Assembly: GCA_038874475.1 (NCBI GenBank)
Contig: JAVZCJ010000003.1
Location: 59,463-123,462 of the forward strand
From: Nitrososphaerota archaeon
GTDB lineage: Archaea; Thermoproteota; Nitrososphaeria_A; Caldarchaeales; JAVZCJ01
DNA length: 64,000 nucleotides
Direction of reading: 5' to 3'
In this document: piece by piece, positions 27,079 through 36,119 of the stretch
Numbering within the stretch: the first letter of the stretch is position 1
Layout of the letters: every line of letters begins with the position of its first letter
The notes under the pieces: model-generated
The model's input: only the letters and a program-made list of their open reading frames with translations
Databases searched by the model: none
Told to the model about the DNA's origin: nothing
Program-made: the position numbers and the translations under genes

Positions 27079-27104
27079 TATAACAATATTTAAATATTGT
27101 TATA
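27079..27104. promoter_or_regulatory. 26-bp perfect palindrome, candidate ArsR operator overlapping the divergent promoters
   Basis: TATAACAATATTT/AAATATTGTTATA ends 15 nt before the arsR ATG. It lies within the 89-bp spacer shared with the divergent Fe-S operon. Confidence 0.5.
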
Positions 27105-27118
27105 TATTACTTTATATT

Positions 27119-27439
27119 ATGAATCAAGAGATCGATATAAATAAGTTTCGAGCAAAAATTTTTAAAGCATTATCAGATCCTATTAGACTTGAAATAATTA
27201 GTCTTTTACGTAAAAAAGAATGGTGTGCTTGCGACTTAATTCCATATCTTAATATAGTTCAACCTTTAGTTTCTAGGCACTTAAAAATTTTAAAAGATTG
27301 TGGAATAGTAGTTTATAGAAAAGAAGGAAATAAAAGGATATACTCGATTACAGATAAAAGGATACTTAAAGTAATCGATACTCTATCACCAGAACTAATT
27401 GAAAGCATTTCAAAACATGTGATTAAGCAAATAATTTAG
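27119..27439 (+). CDS. arsR: ArsR/SmtB-family metalloregulator
   Basis: Winged HTH FKALSDPIRLEIISLLRKKEWCACDLIPYLNIVQPLVSRHLKILKDCGIV. WCACDL occupies the position of the As(III)-binding ELCVCDL motif. Confidence 0.85.
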   Translation: MNQEIDINKFRAKIFKALSDPIRLEIISLLRKKEWCACDLIPYLNIVQPLVSRHLKILKDCGIVVYRKEGNKRIYSITDKRILKVIDTLSPELIESISKHVIKQII

Positions 27440-27475
27440 ATTTTTAAAAAATGATGTATTTGTATTTTGAAACTT

Positions 27476-28123
27476 TTATTTCTTACTTAATTCTTTACTT
27501 TTATTTAATATATTAATTACTTCTTCATCTTCTATTTGCTCAAATCTTTCATAAAATTGCCCTATAGCAAAAAATGGTTCAGGAGTTTGCAAACAAACAA
27601 TTTCATCAGCATATTTTTTAATTTTTTCTAAGCTTTCAAGCGGAGCTATAGGAATAGCAACAATAATTTTTAAAGATTTCTTTTTTCGAATAGAAACTAT
27701 TGCAGCAATCATTGTTGCCCCAGTAGCTATGCCATCATCAACTATAATAACAATTTTATTTTCTACATTTGGTTCAATAGCACTTCCTCTATATTTTATA
27801 AGCCTCCTTTCAATTTCTTTTTTCTGTCTTTCAGCTTCAGCTTTTATATAATTTTCAGGAATAGGTAAATAGCTTACTATATCTTCATTTAAAATAATTG
27901 TTCCATCTTGTGTAACAGCCCCTATAGCAAGTTCAGGTTGATAAGGTGCACCTATTTTACGTGGTATTATTAAATCTAATGGAGCATTTAATTCTTTTGC
28001 TATTTCATAAGCAACTACAACTCCTCCTCTTGGAATAGCTAGTATTATTACATCTTTATCTTTATATTTTAACAATTTTTTAGCAAGTTCTTGTCCTGCT
28101 TGAATTCTATCTTTAAATAACAT
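27476..28123 (-). CDS. phosphoribosyltransferase family protein
   Basis: PRPP-binding loop VIIVDDGIATGATM. 215 aa. Confidence 0.8.
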   Translation of the reverse strand: MLFKDRIQAGQELAKKLLKYKDKDVIILAIPRGGVVVAYEIAKELNAPLDLIIPRKIGAPYQPELAIGAVTQDGTIILNEDIVSYLPIPENYIKAEAERQKKEIERRLIKYRGSAIEPNVENKIVIIVDDGIATGATMIAAIVSIRKKKSLKIIVAIPIAPLESLEKIKKYADEIVCLQTPEPFFAIGQFYERFEQIEDEEVINILNKSKELSKK

Positions 28124-28539
28124 TAAAGAAAACCTCTCTTATCATGAATTATCTTTGGAAGACTGTTTATATCCATTAAACTAAGCATGAAAATATTCAT
28201 TCCTCCAAATAGACGCTTAACAAACTATAAAAAGATAATATTTTAATAAATATAAACTTTCATTAGAAATTAAATTCTCCTTTTTCATATTTTATTTACT
28301 ATTAAGATAATACTTATTTTCTTATTTATCCACAAAAATCTTTAATCTAAAAAAAAGAGAAGCTTAATTTCTTTTTAAAAATCATAGAAATAGCTGGTTA
28401 ATATTAACTTCACTAAAATAAGTAATAAAACTATTTTTGAAATATAACTTTTACATTGATTATTTTCACTTTATTATTCAATTACCTTTTTAGTTACTGA
28501 ATTATTTCTTTTTACCATCCTTATTCAATTTCGTTCTTT

Positions 28540-28842
28540 CTAGAACATTCGTTCTAAAGCTTCTTTGCCTAACATTCCTACATTAATGCCTAATGCTTTG
28601 GCACGCGATGTAACAGATACAACCTTCAATTGCAGAGCATCTTCAATTTTCGTTAATCCTACTACTTTAGCTGCTGTTAAGCCACGTTTATCCAATTCAT
28701 TAATATCAAAGTTGCCGCAAACAAGTAAACCTTTCTTGGCTATTAGCACTATAATTGCTGGTTTTTCTGGTGCTTCTGGATTTCCAATACGAATTCCTAA
28801 TACTGTGCCCAACTTAACATTAAGAAGTTTAATTTCAATCAT
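28540..28842 (-). CDS. DUF1805 (YunC-like) protein
   Basis: 100 aa. LIAKKGLLVCGNFDINELDKRGLTAAKVVGLTKIEDALQ...AKALGINVGMLGKEAL has the pattern of DUF1805. It overlaps the acr3 stop. Confidence 0.55.
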   Translation of the reverse strand: MIEIKLLNVKLGTVLGIRIGNPEAPEKPAIIVLIAKKGLLVCGNFDINELDKRGLTAAKVVGLTKIEDALQLKVVSVTSRAKALGINVGMLGKEALERMF

Positions 28843-29857
28843 TATGTTTACCCTCCTGTTTCGAAAATGATGTTAAATTAGATATATTACGTAAATTTCT
28901 CTGAAACACTCTATAGAATCCTACAGCTGTTAGCATCTGAAATGCAAAACCTATAGCAATTACTGATGCTGTAAGCATTCCAAAAGAAAGGATTGCAATA
29001 CCTAAACCTATTGGTAAGTTTTTCATTCCCGAGGAATAAGTGATCGCTATAGTCTTTTTATAAGGGAATTTCTTGCTAGTGAGATAAGCAACGCTAAACA
29101 TGGAGGGAAATGTGATGGCGATAGAGATAAGAAGAGATGGAAGCACACTAACATTTTTCATCAGAAGCGGCATTGAAGTATTAACAGCTATGAACATCAA
29201 AAGGATGGCACAAAGGCTCGAGATTGCAGGACAGAGAGGAAGATAATGTTTAACGTCAGCTTTCTTCTCGAGAACTTCACGTAAACCAATTCCAATAAAA
29301 ATTGGGATTAAAATTGTGCAAATTAGATTTAGAAACATATCTATAATGTTAATCTTTACATAACTACCAGCAAAATAAAACATTATAACTGGAATGAGGA
29401 AAGGCGCCACTATCATAGTTCCTGTATTAATTACAGTTGCAAGAGGCACATCTCCTTCAAGCAAACCAGTCCAGACAATTGCCATTCCTGCACATGGAAT
29501 TGCACCTATTAAAATTATTCCTGTAGCAATCTTTGGATTAGGAATGAGAAGAGAAACCACATAACATAAAATTGGTGAGAAAATAAAATTGAGAATTATT
29601 CCAATACTAAACCCCCTAATATCTTTTAATGCTAAAAGAAAATTTTTGAACTTTATTGTAAAGCCCATGGATGCTATCATCAAAATTGTAAGCGGAATGC
29701 TGAAAATCTTAAGCAATTCTCCAAGATATGATGTGTAGAAGCCTATGATTATTGAAATAATGAGCGTTGCTACTATTATGTACGAATAATTCTTCCTCAT
29801 AAATTCAGCAAATTCAATAATCATTTTCCTCACTTCTCTTATGTTCTTATTTTTCAT
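28835..29857 (-). CDS. acr3: arsenite efflux permease, ACR3 family
   Basis: Ten-helix BART-superfamily protein carrying GAIPCAGMAIVWTGLLEGD. This corresponds to the ACR3 hallmark (A)PC(T)AMV.VW..LA.GD with the essential Cys. Confidence 0.75.
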   Translation of the reverse strand: MKNKNIREVRKMIIEFAEFMRKNYSYIIVATLIISIIIGFYTSYLGELLKIFSIPLTILMIASMGFTIKFKNFLLALKDIRGFSIGIILNFIFSPILCYVVSLLIPNPKIATGIILIGAIPCAGMAIVWTGLLEGDVPLATVINTGTMIVAPFLIPVIMFYFAGSYVKINIIDMFLNLICTILIPIFIGIGLREVLEKKADVKHYLPLCPAISSLCAILLMFIAVNTSMPLLMKNVSVLPSLLISIAITFPSMFSVAYLTSKKFPYKKTIAITYSSGMKNLPIGLGIAILSFGMLTASVIAIGFAFQMLTAVGFYRVFQRNLRNISNLTSFSKQEGKHND

Positions 29858-29863
29858 CTATCG

Positions 29864-30244
29864 TTACTGTTCTTTAAACTCTTTTAACGCAGGCAATGAG
29901 CGAGAAAAGGTGCTCGAAGCCAATTCAAACCTTGCAATTAATATAGCTTCAAGTACCTCATCTTTACTTATTCCGCTCCTTTTGGCTATTTTTGCATAAG
30001 TATCAACGCATGATTCGTTTCCAATAGCTACACTACAAGCTAATGCTATCAATAGTTTATACTTAGACGGAATTTTCCCTTCTTTCATTGCAAATTTTTG
30101 GCTTCTTGCATGCTCAACAATAATGTCTGGAGCTAATTCTGCGAGAATTTTCATAGGCTCTGTGACTTGCCCCGCCTTTTTCTTCATTGTTTCCAAGAAA
30201 TCGTTTACAATATCATGTTCACTATTAATTTTTATATTTGTCAT
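29864..30244 (-). CDS. carboxymuconolactone decarboxylase (AhpD-like) family protein
   Basis: 126-aa all-helical protein. KYKLLIALACSVAIGNESCVDTYAKIAKRSGISKDEVLEAI resembles the CMD-domain core. Confidence 0.5.
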   Translation of the reverse strand: MTNIKINSEHDIVNDFLETMKKKAGQVTEPMKILAELAPDIIVEHARSQKFAMKEGKIPSKYKLLIALACSVAIGNESCVDTYAKIAKRSGISKDEVLEAILIARFELASSTFSRSLPALKEFKEQ

Positions 30245-30248
30245 TATT

Positions 30249-30692
30249 TTACACCTCTTTATGTAATGCTTCTTTTCTTATTTTATCTACGATAAGCTTA
30301 ACATCTTCATTATTGATATCGAATGTAGGAATTTTCTTTATAGTATCTGCTACAACTAAATTATAGTCTATCTTATTAATTCCAGCTTGCTCCACTACTT
30401 TTTTAGCACATTGATTTTGACATCCATTTATAATTATTAATTTTTTAGCTCTTTTCATAATATCCACATAATAAGGCGTTTTAGCGCCTACAGGTGTAAC
30501 ACAACACATTCTTGCTTCTCCACTTTTCGTTAATTCAACAGCGGCTAAATATCCAATTAATCCAACATTTGCTGCTCCTCCACATGCTAAGATTATATTA
30601 AGATTTTCAGCTTCTTTATGACAAATAGGTAGCATTCTAGGTTTATTCTCACTCACTGAGCTATTCTCTTTGTTTATTTTCATATTTCTCAC
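30249..30692 (-). CDS. DGC-domain putative metal-chelating protein
   Basis: ILACGGAANVGLIGYLAAVEL...ARMCC...IINGCQNQCAKK fits the four-Cys DGC domain, here with NGC in place of DGC. Confidence 0.6.
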   Translation of the reverse strand: MRNMKINKENSSVSENKPRMLPICHKEAENLNIILACGGAANVGLIGYLAAVELTKSGEARMCCVTPVGAKTPYYVDIMKRAKKLIIINGCQNQCAKKVVEQAGINKIDYNLVVADTIKKIPTFDINNEDVKLIVDKIRKEALHKEV

Positions 30693-30813
30693 TTTTTATT
30701 CTTTTTATATTTTAAGCTATATTTAAAGATTTAGTTTAAAAAATAAACTAATTACAAGAATAGGCATAATAAACTCTTAAGTTGAGAATATCTAATAATA
30801 AAACTTAAAAAAA

Positions 30814-31893
30814 TTATTTAAAACATTTCCAATATTTTTTAAAAGTATTCTTAACTTCTTTAATAACATTTTTTGTTTCTTCAATTTTTAAAATAGATTT
30901 TTCATAAACCCATTTTGGAATTTCCAAAGGTTCTTCAAGAGGAATTTCTATTTTAGATAATCCAAGTATTATTGAAAGCCATGCATATGGTAAAACTTTT
31001 GGATTATAACCACTTCCACATAAATCTACTATTTTACCATTACAAACTTTCTCAGAAACTTCTCTAATAGTTTCGCCAATCATTCTAAAACCTTTAAGAG
31101 TTAAACATAAATTAGTTAATTGATCTGCCCAATGCGGGTCTGAGCCACCATTACGAATTATTATTTCTGGATGATATTCTTCAACAATAGGTTTAAAAAT
31201 TTCTTCAAGAACAATTTTATAGCATTCATCTCCTGCATATGGAGGTAGAGGAACATTTATTTTATATCCTTCTCCTTCTCCAATTCCAAATTCATAAATA
31301 AAACCTCTTCCCGGATAAAGAGTTCTAGGGTCTTGATGGATTGAAATTAATAAAACTTTTGGATCATCATAAAAAATATCCATTGTTCCATCAGCTGCAT
31401 GAGCATCAGTATCTATTATTAAAATTTTCTTCAATCCATATTTTTTGATAAGCATTTTTGCGCATATTGCTACATCATTAAAAATACAAAATCCTCCTCC
31501 TCTATCAGCTGCTGCATGATGCAATCCTCCTCCTATTCCTTCAGCAATTTTTATTTCAGGATTTTCCATTATAATTTTTCCAGCAAGTATTGAGGAACCA
31601 ACTATTGCTTTTGCACCTTCAATTATATCCATGTTTATTGGCGTATCAGGTGTTAAAAAGCTTCTATGTTTTGCAAGAATATTTACTTCATCTATATATT
31701 CTTTATTGTGAACTAAAAGAATATCTTCATCAGAAGCGTCTATTCCTTCAATAATAGTAAATTTTGGATCTTTATGCAATCCTAAACTTTTAAAAAGATT
31801 TATAAAATTTATAAATCTATCTCCTCTAAATGGATGACCTTCTCCAAAATCATATTTTATAATTTTCTCATTAAAAATTATCGCAATAGACAT
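30814..31893 (-). CDS. histone deacetylase-family amidohydrolase (AcuC / acetylpolyamine amidohydrolase-like)
   Basis: GGGLHHAAADRGGGFCIFNDVA and DTDAHAADGT zinc and active-site motifs. Confidence 0.88.
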   Translation of the reverse strand: MSIAIIFNEKIIKYDFGEGHPFRGDRFINFINLFKSLGLHKDPKFTIIEGIDASDEDILLVHNKEYIDEVNILAKHRSFLTPDTPINMDIIEGAKAIVGSSILAGKIIMENPEIKIAEGIGGGLHHAAADRGGGFCIFNDVAICAKMLIKKYGLKKILIIDTDAHAADGTMDIFYDDPKVLLISIHQDPRTLYPGRGFIYEFGIGEGEGYKINVPLPPYAGDECYKIVLEEIFKPIVEEYHPEIIIRNGGSDPHWADQLTNLCLTLKGFRMIGETIREVSEKVCNGKIVDLCGSGYNPKVLPYAWLSIILGLSKIEIPLEEPLEIPKWVYEKSILKIEETKNVIKEVKNTFKKYWKCFK

Positions 31894-31939
31894 AATAAAA
31901 TATATTAAAATTAAAATAAATAAATATTTCTTTAAAAAT

Positions 31940-33268
31940 TTAGAAAAAAGCTGAAAGTCTAGGAATAATTAATTGCATTAAAATAAGAATTAAAAATGTT
32001 ATAGAAACAATATAAGAAATCATTTTAACATAATATTCTCTTTTTTCAATAGTGATATTCTTAAAGAATTTAGTTATTAGAAAATCTAAACTATCTTTAA
32101 ATATGTATCCTCCATCTAAAGGTATTGCTGGCAATACATTCGATAATCCAAACATTAAATTTATCCAAAAAAGCCAATAAATTATATTAGCTAAAATCCA
32201 AAATAAATTGCTTGGAAGTGGAGTATTATAAAATTCTGTAATTGGAAATTCTATTGGTGACATTCTTAATAAAGGAAGACTAATAAAAATCATTAATGAA
32301 TTAGGAATATTTGACAATGGTTTCTTTAAAATATTTAAAAAAGATTCAGTATCTCTTACTCCTACGCCTAAAAATCCTTTTCCAAAATCTTCAATATTTT
32401 TAGTAAAAAAATATTTATTTTCTAAAATTATTTCAAAAATTTCTCCATTTGATGTGTATACAAATATTTTTTCATAAGCATTTCTTTTTGATAAAAAATT
32501 TTGAAAATAATTTATATTAATAATTTTTTCATCATTAATCATCGTAATAATCATTCCAGGTTTTAAACCAACTAAAGAAGCAGGAGAACCATCCATAACA
32601 TATTCTATTCCAACACCTTCTGAAGCAGGACTTACAAAAAACATTAATCCATAAGAAAATAATAACAGAAAAATAATAGCTAAACAAATATTCGCTATAG
32701 GCCCGGCTGCAAATATTCTAGCTCTTTTAATTCTTGAAGTATTCTTTAATTCTTCCTCATTAGGTTCGACAAAAGCACCTAAAGGAAGAATGAAATAAAC
32801 TATTCCAAGAGAATTAATATTAATATCGTTTACTCTAGATTCTATTCCATGGCATAATTCATGAATAATTATTGCAATTGGAACGCTTATAATTCCATAC
32901 CAAAATGGTATAAGAGGATTAATTCCAGGCAAGCCTATCATCATTTCAGGTTTAATAGCAGCTTCTGGAGGAATACTAAAGGAAATTATTGTAGACCTAA
33001 TGATCATAAAAGTAACTATTAAAGTTGATATAAAAGATAATGCTATAGCAGTATTTCCATACGATAACCAGAATTTTCTATGTTTAGCAATATATTCTAT
33101 AAAATTTCTTCCACTTTTTGTGCGAAACAATAAAGCTGGACCATAAAGAGATATGTTTTTATTACTTTTAAGAAACTTTTTTTTCCATAAAATTAAATAA
33201 AGCAAAAGATAAAAAATAGATAATATTATAAGAGTTATTATTAGAATATCCATTTCTTCTTCAACCAT
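31940..33268 (-). CDS. site-2 protease (peptidase M50) with PDZ domain
   Basis: HELCHGI lies in a membrane helix. There is a central PDZ-like segment (GSPASLVGLKPGMIITMINDEKI) and a C-terminal LPAIPLDGG motif. Confidence 0.8.
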   Translation of the reverse strand: MVEEEMDILIITLIILSIFYLLLYLILWKKKFLKSNKNISLYGPALLFRTKSGRNFIEYIAKHRKFWLSYGNTAIALSFISTLIVTFMIIRSTIISFSIPPEAAIKPEMMIGLPGINPLIPFWYGIISVPIAIIIHELCHGIESRVNDININSLGIVYFILPLGAFVEPNEEELKNTSRIKRARIFAAGPIANICLAIIFLLLFSYGLMFFVSPASEGVGIEYVMDGSPASLVGLKPGMIITMINDEKIININYFQNFLSKRNAYEKIFVYTSNGEIFEIILENKYFFTKNIEDFGKGFLGVGVRDTESFLNILKKPLSNIPNSLMIFISLPLLRMSPIEFPITEFYNTPLPSNLFWILANIIYWLFWINLMFGLSNVLPAIPLDGGYIFKDSLDFLITKFFKNITIEKREYYVKMISYIVSITFLILILMQLIIPRLSAFF

Positions 33269-33458
33269 CCATTCATTTCTTTTTCTAAATTTTTAGATAC
33301 TTAAACTTATACTTTTCATAATTTGACACAATTTATTTTTTTCTTTATACTATTCTTTATGAAGGGGTAAATTCTAATTGTTTGTAGCTCATCTGAACTG
33401 TTTTAGAATAGTAAGATTTAAATCTTAGTATTTAAATTTTTTATTAGAAAAAAATAAG

Positions 33459-34532
33459 ATGGGAAAAGAAGATTATATTAATATTGTAAATCTAAGTAAA
33501 AACTTTGGGAATATCAAGGCACTTGATAACATCAATTTATCGATCAATAATGGAGAACTTCTAACGATTCTTGGACCAAGTGGATGTGGAAAAACAACTT
33601 TATTGAAAATAATTGCTGGTCTTGAGAAACCAGATATTGGAGACATCTTTATAGATGGAAATAGAATTAATGATGTACCTCCTTACAAACGAAATATTGG
33701 AATGGTTTTTCAAGATTTAGCTCTTTTTCCACATTTAAATGTAATAGAAAATATTGCATTTGGGCTTAGAATTAAGAAACTTCAAGAAAATGAAATTCAA
33801 GAAAAAGTTTCTAAAATTCTTGAATTAGTAAAACTTCCAATTGAAGAATATGGAAATAGAAAAGTCACGCAACTTAGTGGAGGGCAACAACAAAGAGTTG
33901 CTTTAGCAAGAGCATTAGTATTAGAGCCAAAGGTCCTTCTATTAGATGAGCCATTCAGTCATTTAGATTATAAAATAAGGCAAGAACTTATGGTTGAGCT
34001 TAAAAGAATTCAAAGAAGCTTAAATATTACAACTATATACGTAACCCATGATCAAACTGAAGCTATGTTTATGTCTGATAGAGTAGCTATAATGTATAAT
34101 GGAAAAGTTTTTCAAGTTGGAAAACCAAGCGAAGTTTATGATAATCCAATAAATTCTTTTGTTGCAACATTTTTTGGAGAAGTAAACATAATAGAGGGAA
34201 AATTAAACAATGGTTTTATAGTAGTTGATGGATGGAGACCAATTAGACTTAGAAATATTAAAATAGATAACAATGGCTCAGATCACGTACATATTATTTT
34301 AAGGCCTGAAAAAATAAAAGTTGGAAATGCTAATAAAAACAATTGCATTGCAAAAGGAAAAATCGAGGATATGATTTTCTTAGGACCGTTTGTAAAAATA
34401 GATATTAAAATAAATGATAAGCAATACATTAAAACATTAATTCCTCGCAATTTATGCAAAGAAATTATGATTGGAAATGAAGTTAGCATTAATTGGTCTT
34501 TAAATGATATGAAAATATTTCCGGGAGACTAG
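33459..34532 (+). CDS. potA: spermidine/putrescine-type ABC transporter ATPase
   Basis: GPSGCGKTT, LSGGQQQRVALARAL, LLLDEPFS, plus a C-terminal TOBE-like domain. Confidence 0.85.
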   Translation: MGKEDYINIVNLSKNFGNIKALDNINLSINNGELLTILGPSGCGKTTLLKIIAGLEKPDIGDIFIDGNRINDVPPYKRNIGMVFQDLALFPHLNVIENIAFGLRIKKLQENEIQEKVSKILELVKLPIEEYGNRKVTQLSGGQQQRVALARALVLEPKVLLLDEPFSHLDYKIRQELMVELKRIQRSLNITTIYVTHDQTEAMFMSDRVAIMYNGKVFQVGKPSEVYDNPINSFVATFFGEVNIIEGKLNNGFIVVDGWRPIRLRNIKIDNNGSDHVHIILRPEKIKVGNANKNNCIAKGKIEDMIFLGPFVKIDIKINDKQYIKTLIPRNLCKEIMIGNEVSINWSLNDMKIFPGD

Positions 34533-34539
34533 AACAAAA

Positions 34540-35301
34540 TTGCTTTCTTCATTAAAAATACTTGTTATAATATCTGTTATTTTCTTATTTGTTTTTTTCT
34601 ATATTCCATTAATTGAAATGTTCATTTATAGTTTAAAAAGCGAAAACCCAATAGAAAATTATGTAAGCATTTTAAAAAACCCTCTCTATATTAGAATAAT
34701 AGGATATTCTTTATTAATATCCTTTTTAACAACTATAATAAGCTTAATAATTTCTTATCCTATAGCATATTATTTAGCTTTTATTATAAATGAAAAATTT
34801 AAATCAATAATTTTAATAGCTTTTATTGCTCCATTTTGGGTTAATTTCCTTCTTAGAACTTATGCATTATATAATGTTCTATATATGATTGGCATTATAA
34901 ACAATTTTATAGCATTATTAATAGGAATGGTTTATGATTATTATCCATACATGCTATTATCAATATATGCTGCATTATCAAAAATTAGTAAATCTATTCT
35001 TGATGCTTCTTTCCTTTTTGGAGCATCTCCATTTCAAAGATTTACTAAAATTATTTTGCCATTAAGCATGCCTGGAATAATTGCAGGTTCAATATTTGTT
35101 TCTCTTACAACAATGACCGAATTCGTTGTTCCATCAATGCTTGGAGGAGTTGAAGGATATACTGTAGGATATTTAATATGGGATTTATTCTTAAAATATA
35201 GAAATTGGTTTAAAGGATCTGCTTTATCTATTATTATAATTTCTATAGCTTTAATAATTTCATTATTTTATTCTAGAAAAGCTAAAGTGGTTTTAATATG
35301 A
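34540..35301 (+). CDS. potB: polyamine ABC transporter permease
   Basis: Six-helix binding-protein-dependent permease with an EAA-like loop (LDASFLFGASPFQRFTKIILPLSMPG). TTG start. Confidence 0.78.
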   Translation: MLSSLKILVIISVIFLFVFFYIPLIEMFIYSLKSENPIENYVSILKNPLYIRIIGYSLLISFLTTIISLIISYPIAYYLAFIINEKFKSIILIAFIAPFWVNFLLRTYALYNVLYMIGIINNFIALLIGMVYDYYPYMLLSIYAALSKISKSILDASFLFGASPFQRFTKIILPLSMPGIIAGSIFVSLTTMTEFVVPSMLGGVEGYTVGYLIWDLFLKYRNWFKGSALSIIIISIALIISLFYSRKAKVVLI

Positions 35302-36071
35302 AAACAAGAATAATTTGGATAATTTATACAATTGCTTTACTTTCTTTTTTATATATTCCAATTTTTATGATGGTAATACAATCTTTTAATGATTCAAAAT
35401 ATTTAACAGAATGGCAAGGATTTACACTAAAATGGTATTCAAAATTGTTTGAAAGTAATGAAGTATGGACTTCCTTTATGAATAGTTTCTCAATAGCTTT
35501 AGCATCAGCTTTAACTTCAACTTTTTTAGGAATTACATTAGCTTATACTTATATTAGAAGCAAAAGTAAAGCATATGATTTTTTAGATATTGCAATGTAT
35601 ACTCCAATAATCATTCCTGAAATAGCTGAAGCAGTTTCATTAGCTTTATTTTTCTATCTTTCAAATATTAGTTTTGGATGGTATACAGTTTTTATAGGAC
35701 ATACAGCATTTAATATTGCTTTTGCATATTTTACTTTAAAAGCTCAATTATCATTAATAAGTAAAAATGTTGAAGATGCTGCATTAATTTTAGGAGCTAA
35801 ACCATTGAGAGTCTTATTCTCAGTATTGCTTCCAATTGCAATGCCGGCAATATTTGCTTCAATGATAATAACATTTACTCTATCCTTTGATGATTTTATT
35901 AAAAGTGTTTTTACTACTGAGCCTGGCTTTCCATTGCTTCCAATACTTATATGGACAAGAGCTGCACGTGCACGTGCAACTCCAGACTTAAATGCTTTAG
36001 CAACAATAATGATAACTATATCTCTATGTTTAGCATCACTGTATACATATTATATGTATAGGCGTTCATAA
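35298..36071 (+). CDS. potC: polyamine ABC transporter permease
   Basis: EAA loop VEDAALILGAKPLRVLFSVLLPIAMPA. It overlaps potB by 4 nt. Confidence 0.78.
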   Translation: MKTRIIWIIYTIALLSFLYIPIFMMVIQSFNDSKYLTEWQGFTLKWYSKLFESNEVWTSFMNSFSIALASALTSTFLGITLAYTYIRSKSKAYDFLDIAMYTPIIIPEIAEAVSLALFFYLSNISFGWYTVFIGHTAFNIAFAYFTLKAQLSLISKNVEDAALILGAKPLRVLFSVLLPIAMPAIFASMIITFTLSFDDFIKSVFTTEPGFPLLPILIWTRAARARATPDLNALATIMITISLCLASLYTYYMYRRS

Positions 36072-36119
36072 AGAAATTCAGCAGATATGAAAATATAAAA
36101 AAATAAAAAATAGAAGGAA

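Noticed and set aside
28565-28870. 101-aa + strand ORF opposite the DUF1805 gene
   Set aside because: It is a shadow ORF. The minus-strand product has a recognisable family pattern and operon context.
33359-33396. AUGAAGG ... CUGA pair upstream of potA
   Set aside because: The boxes are only 27 nt apart, which is too short for a two-guide C/D sRNA. There are no internal boxes and no terminal stem.
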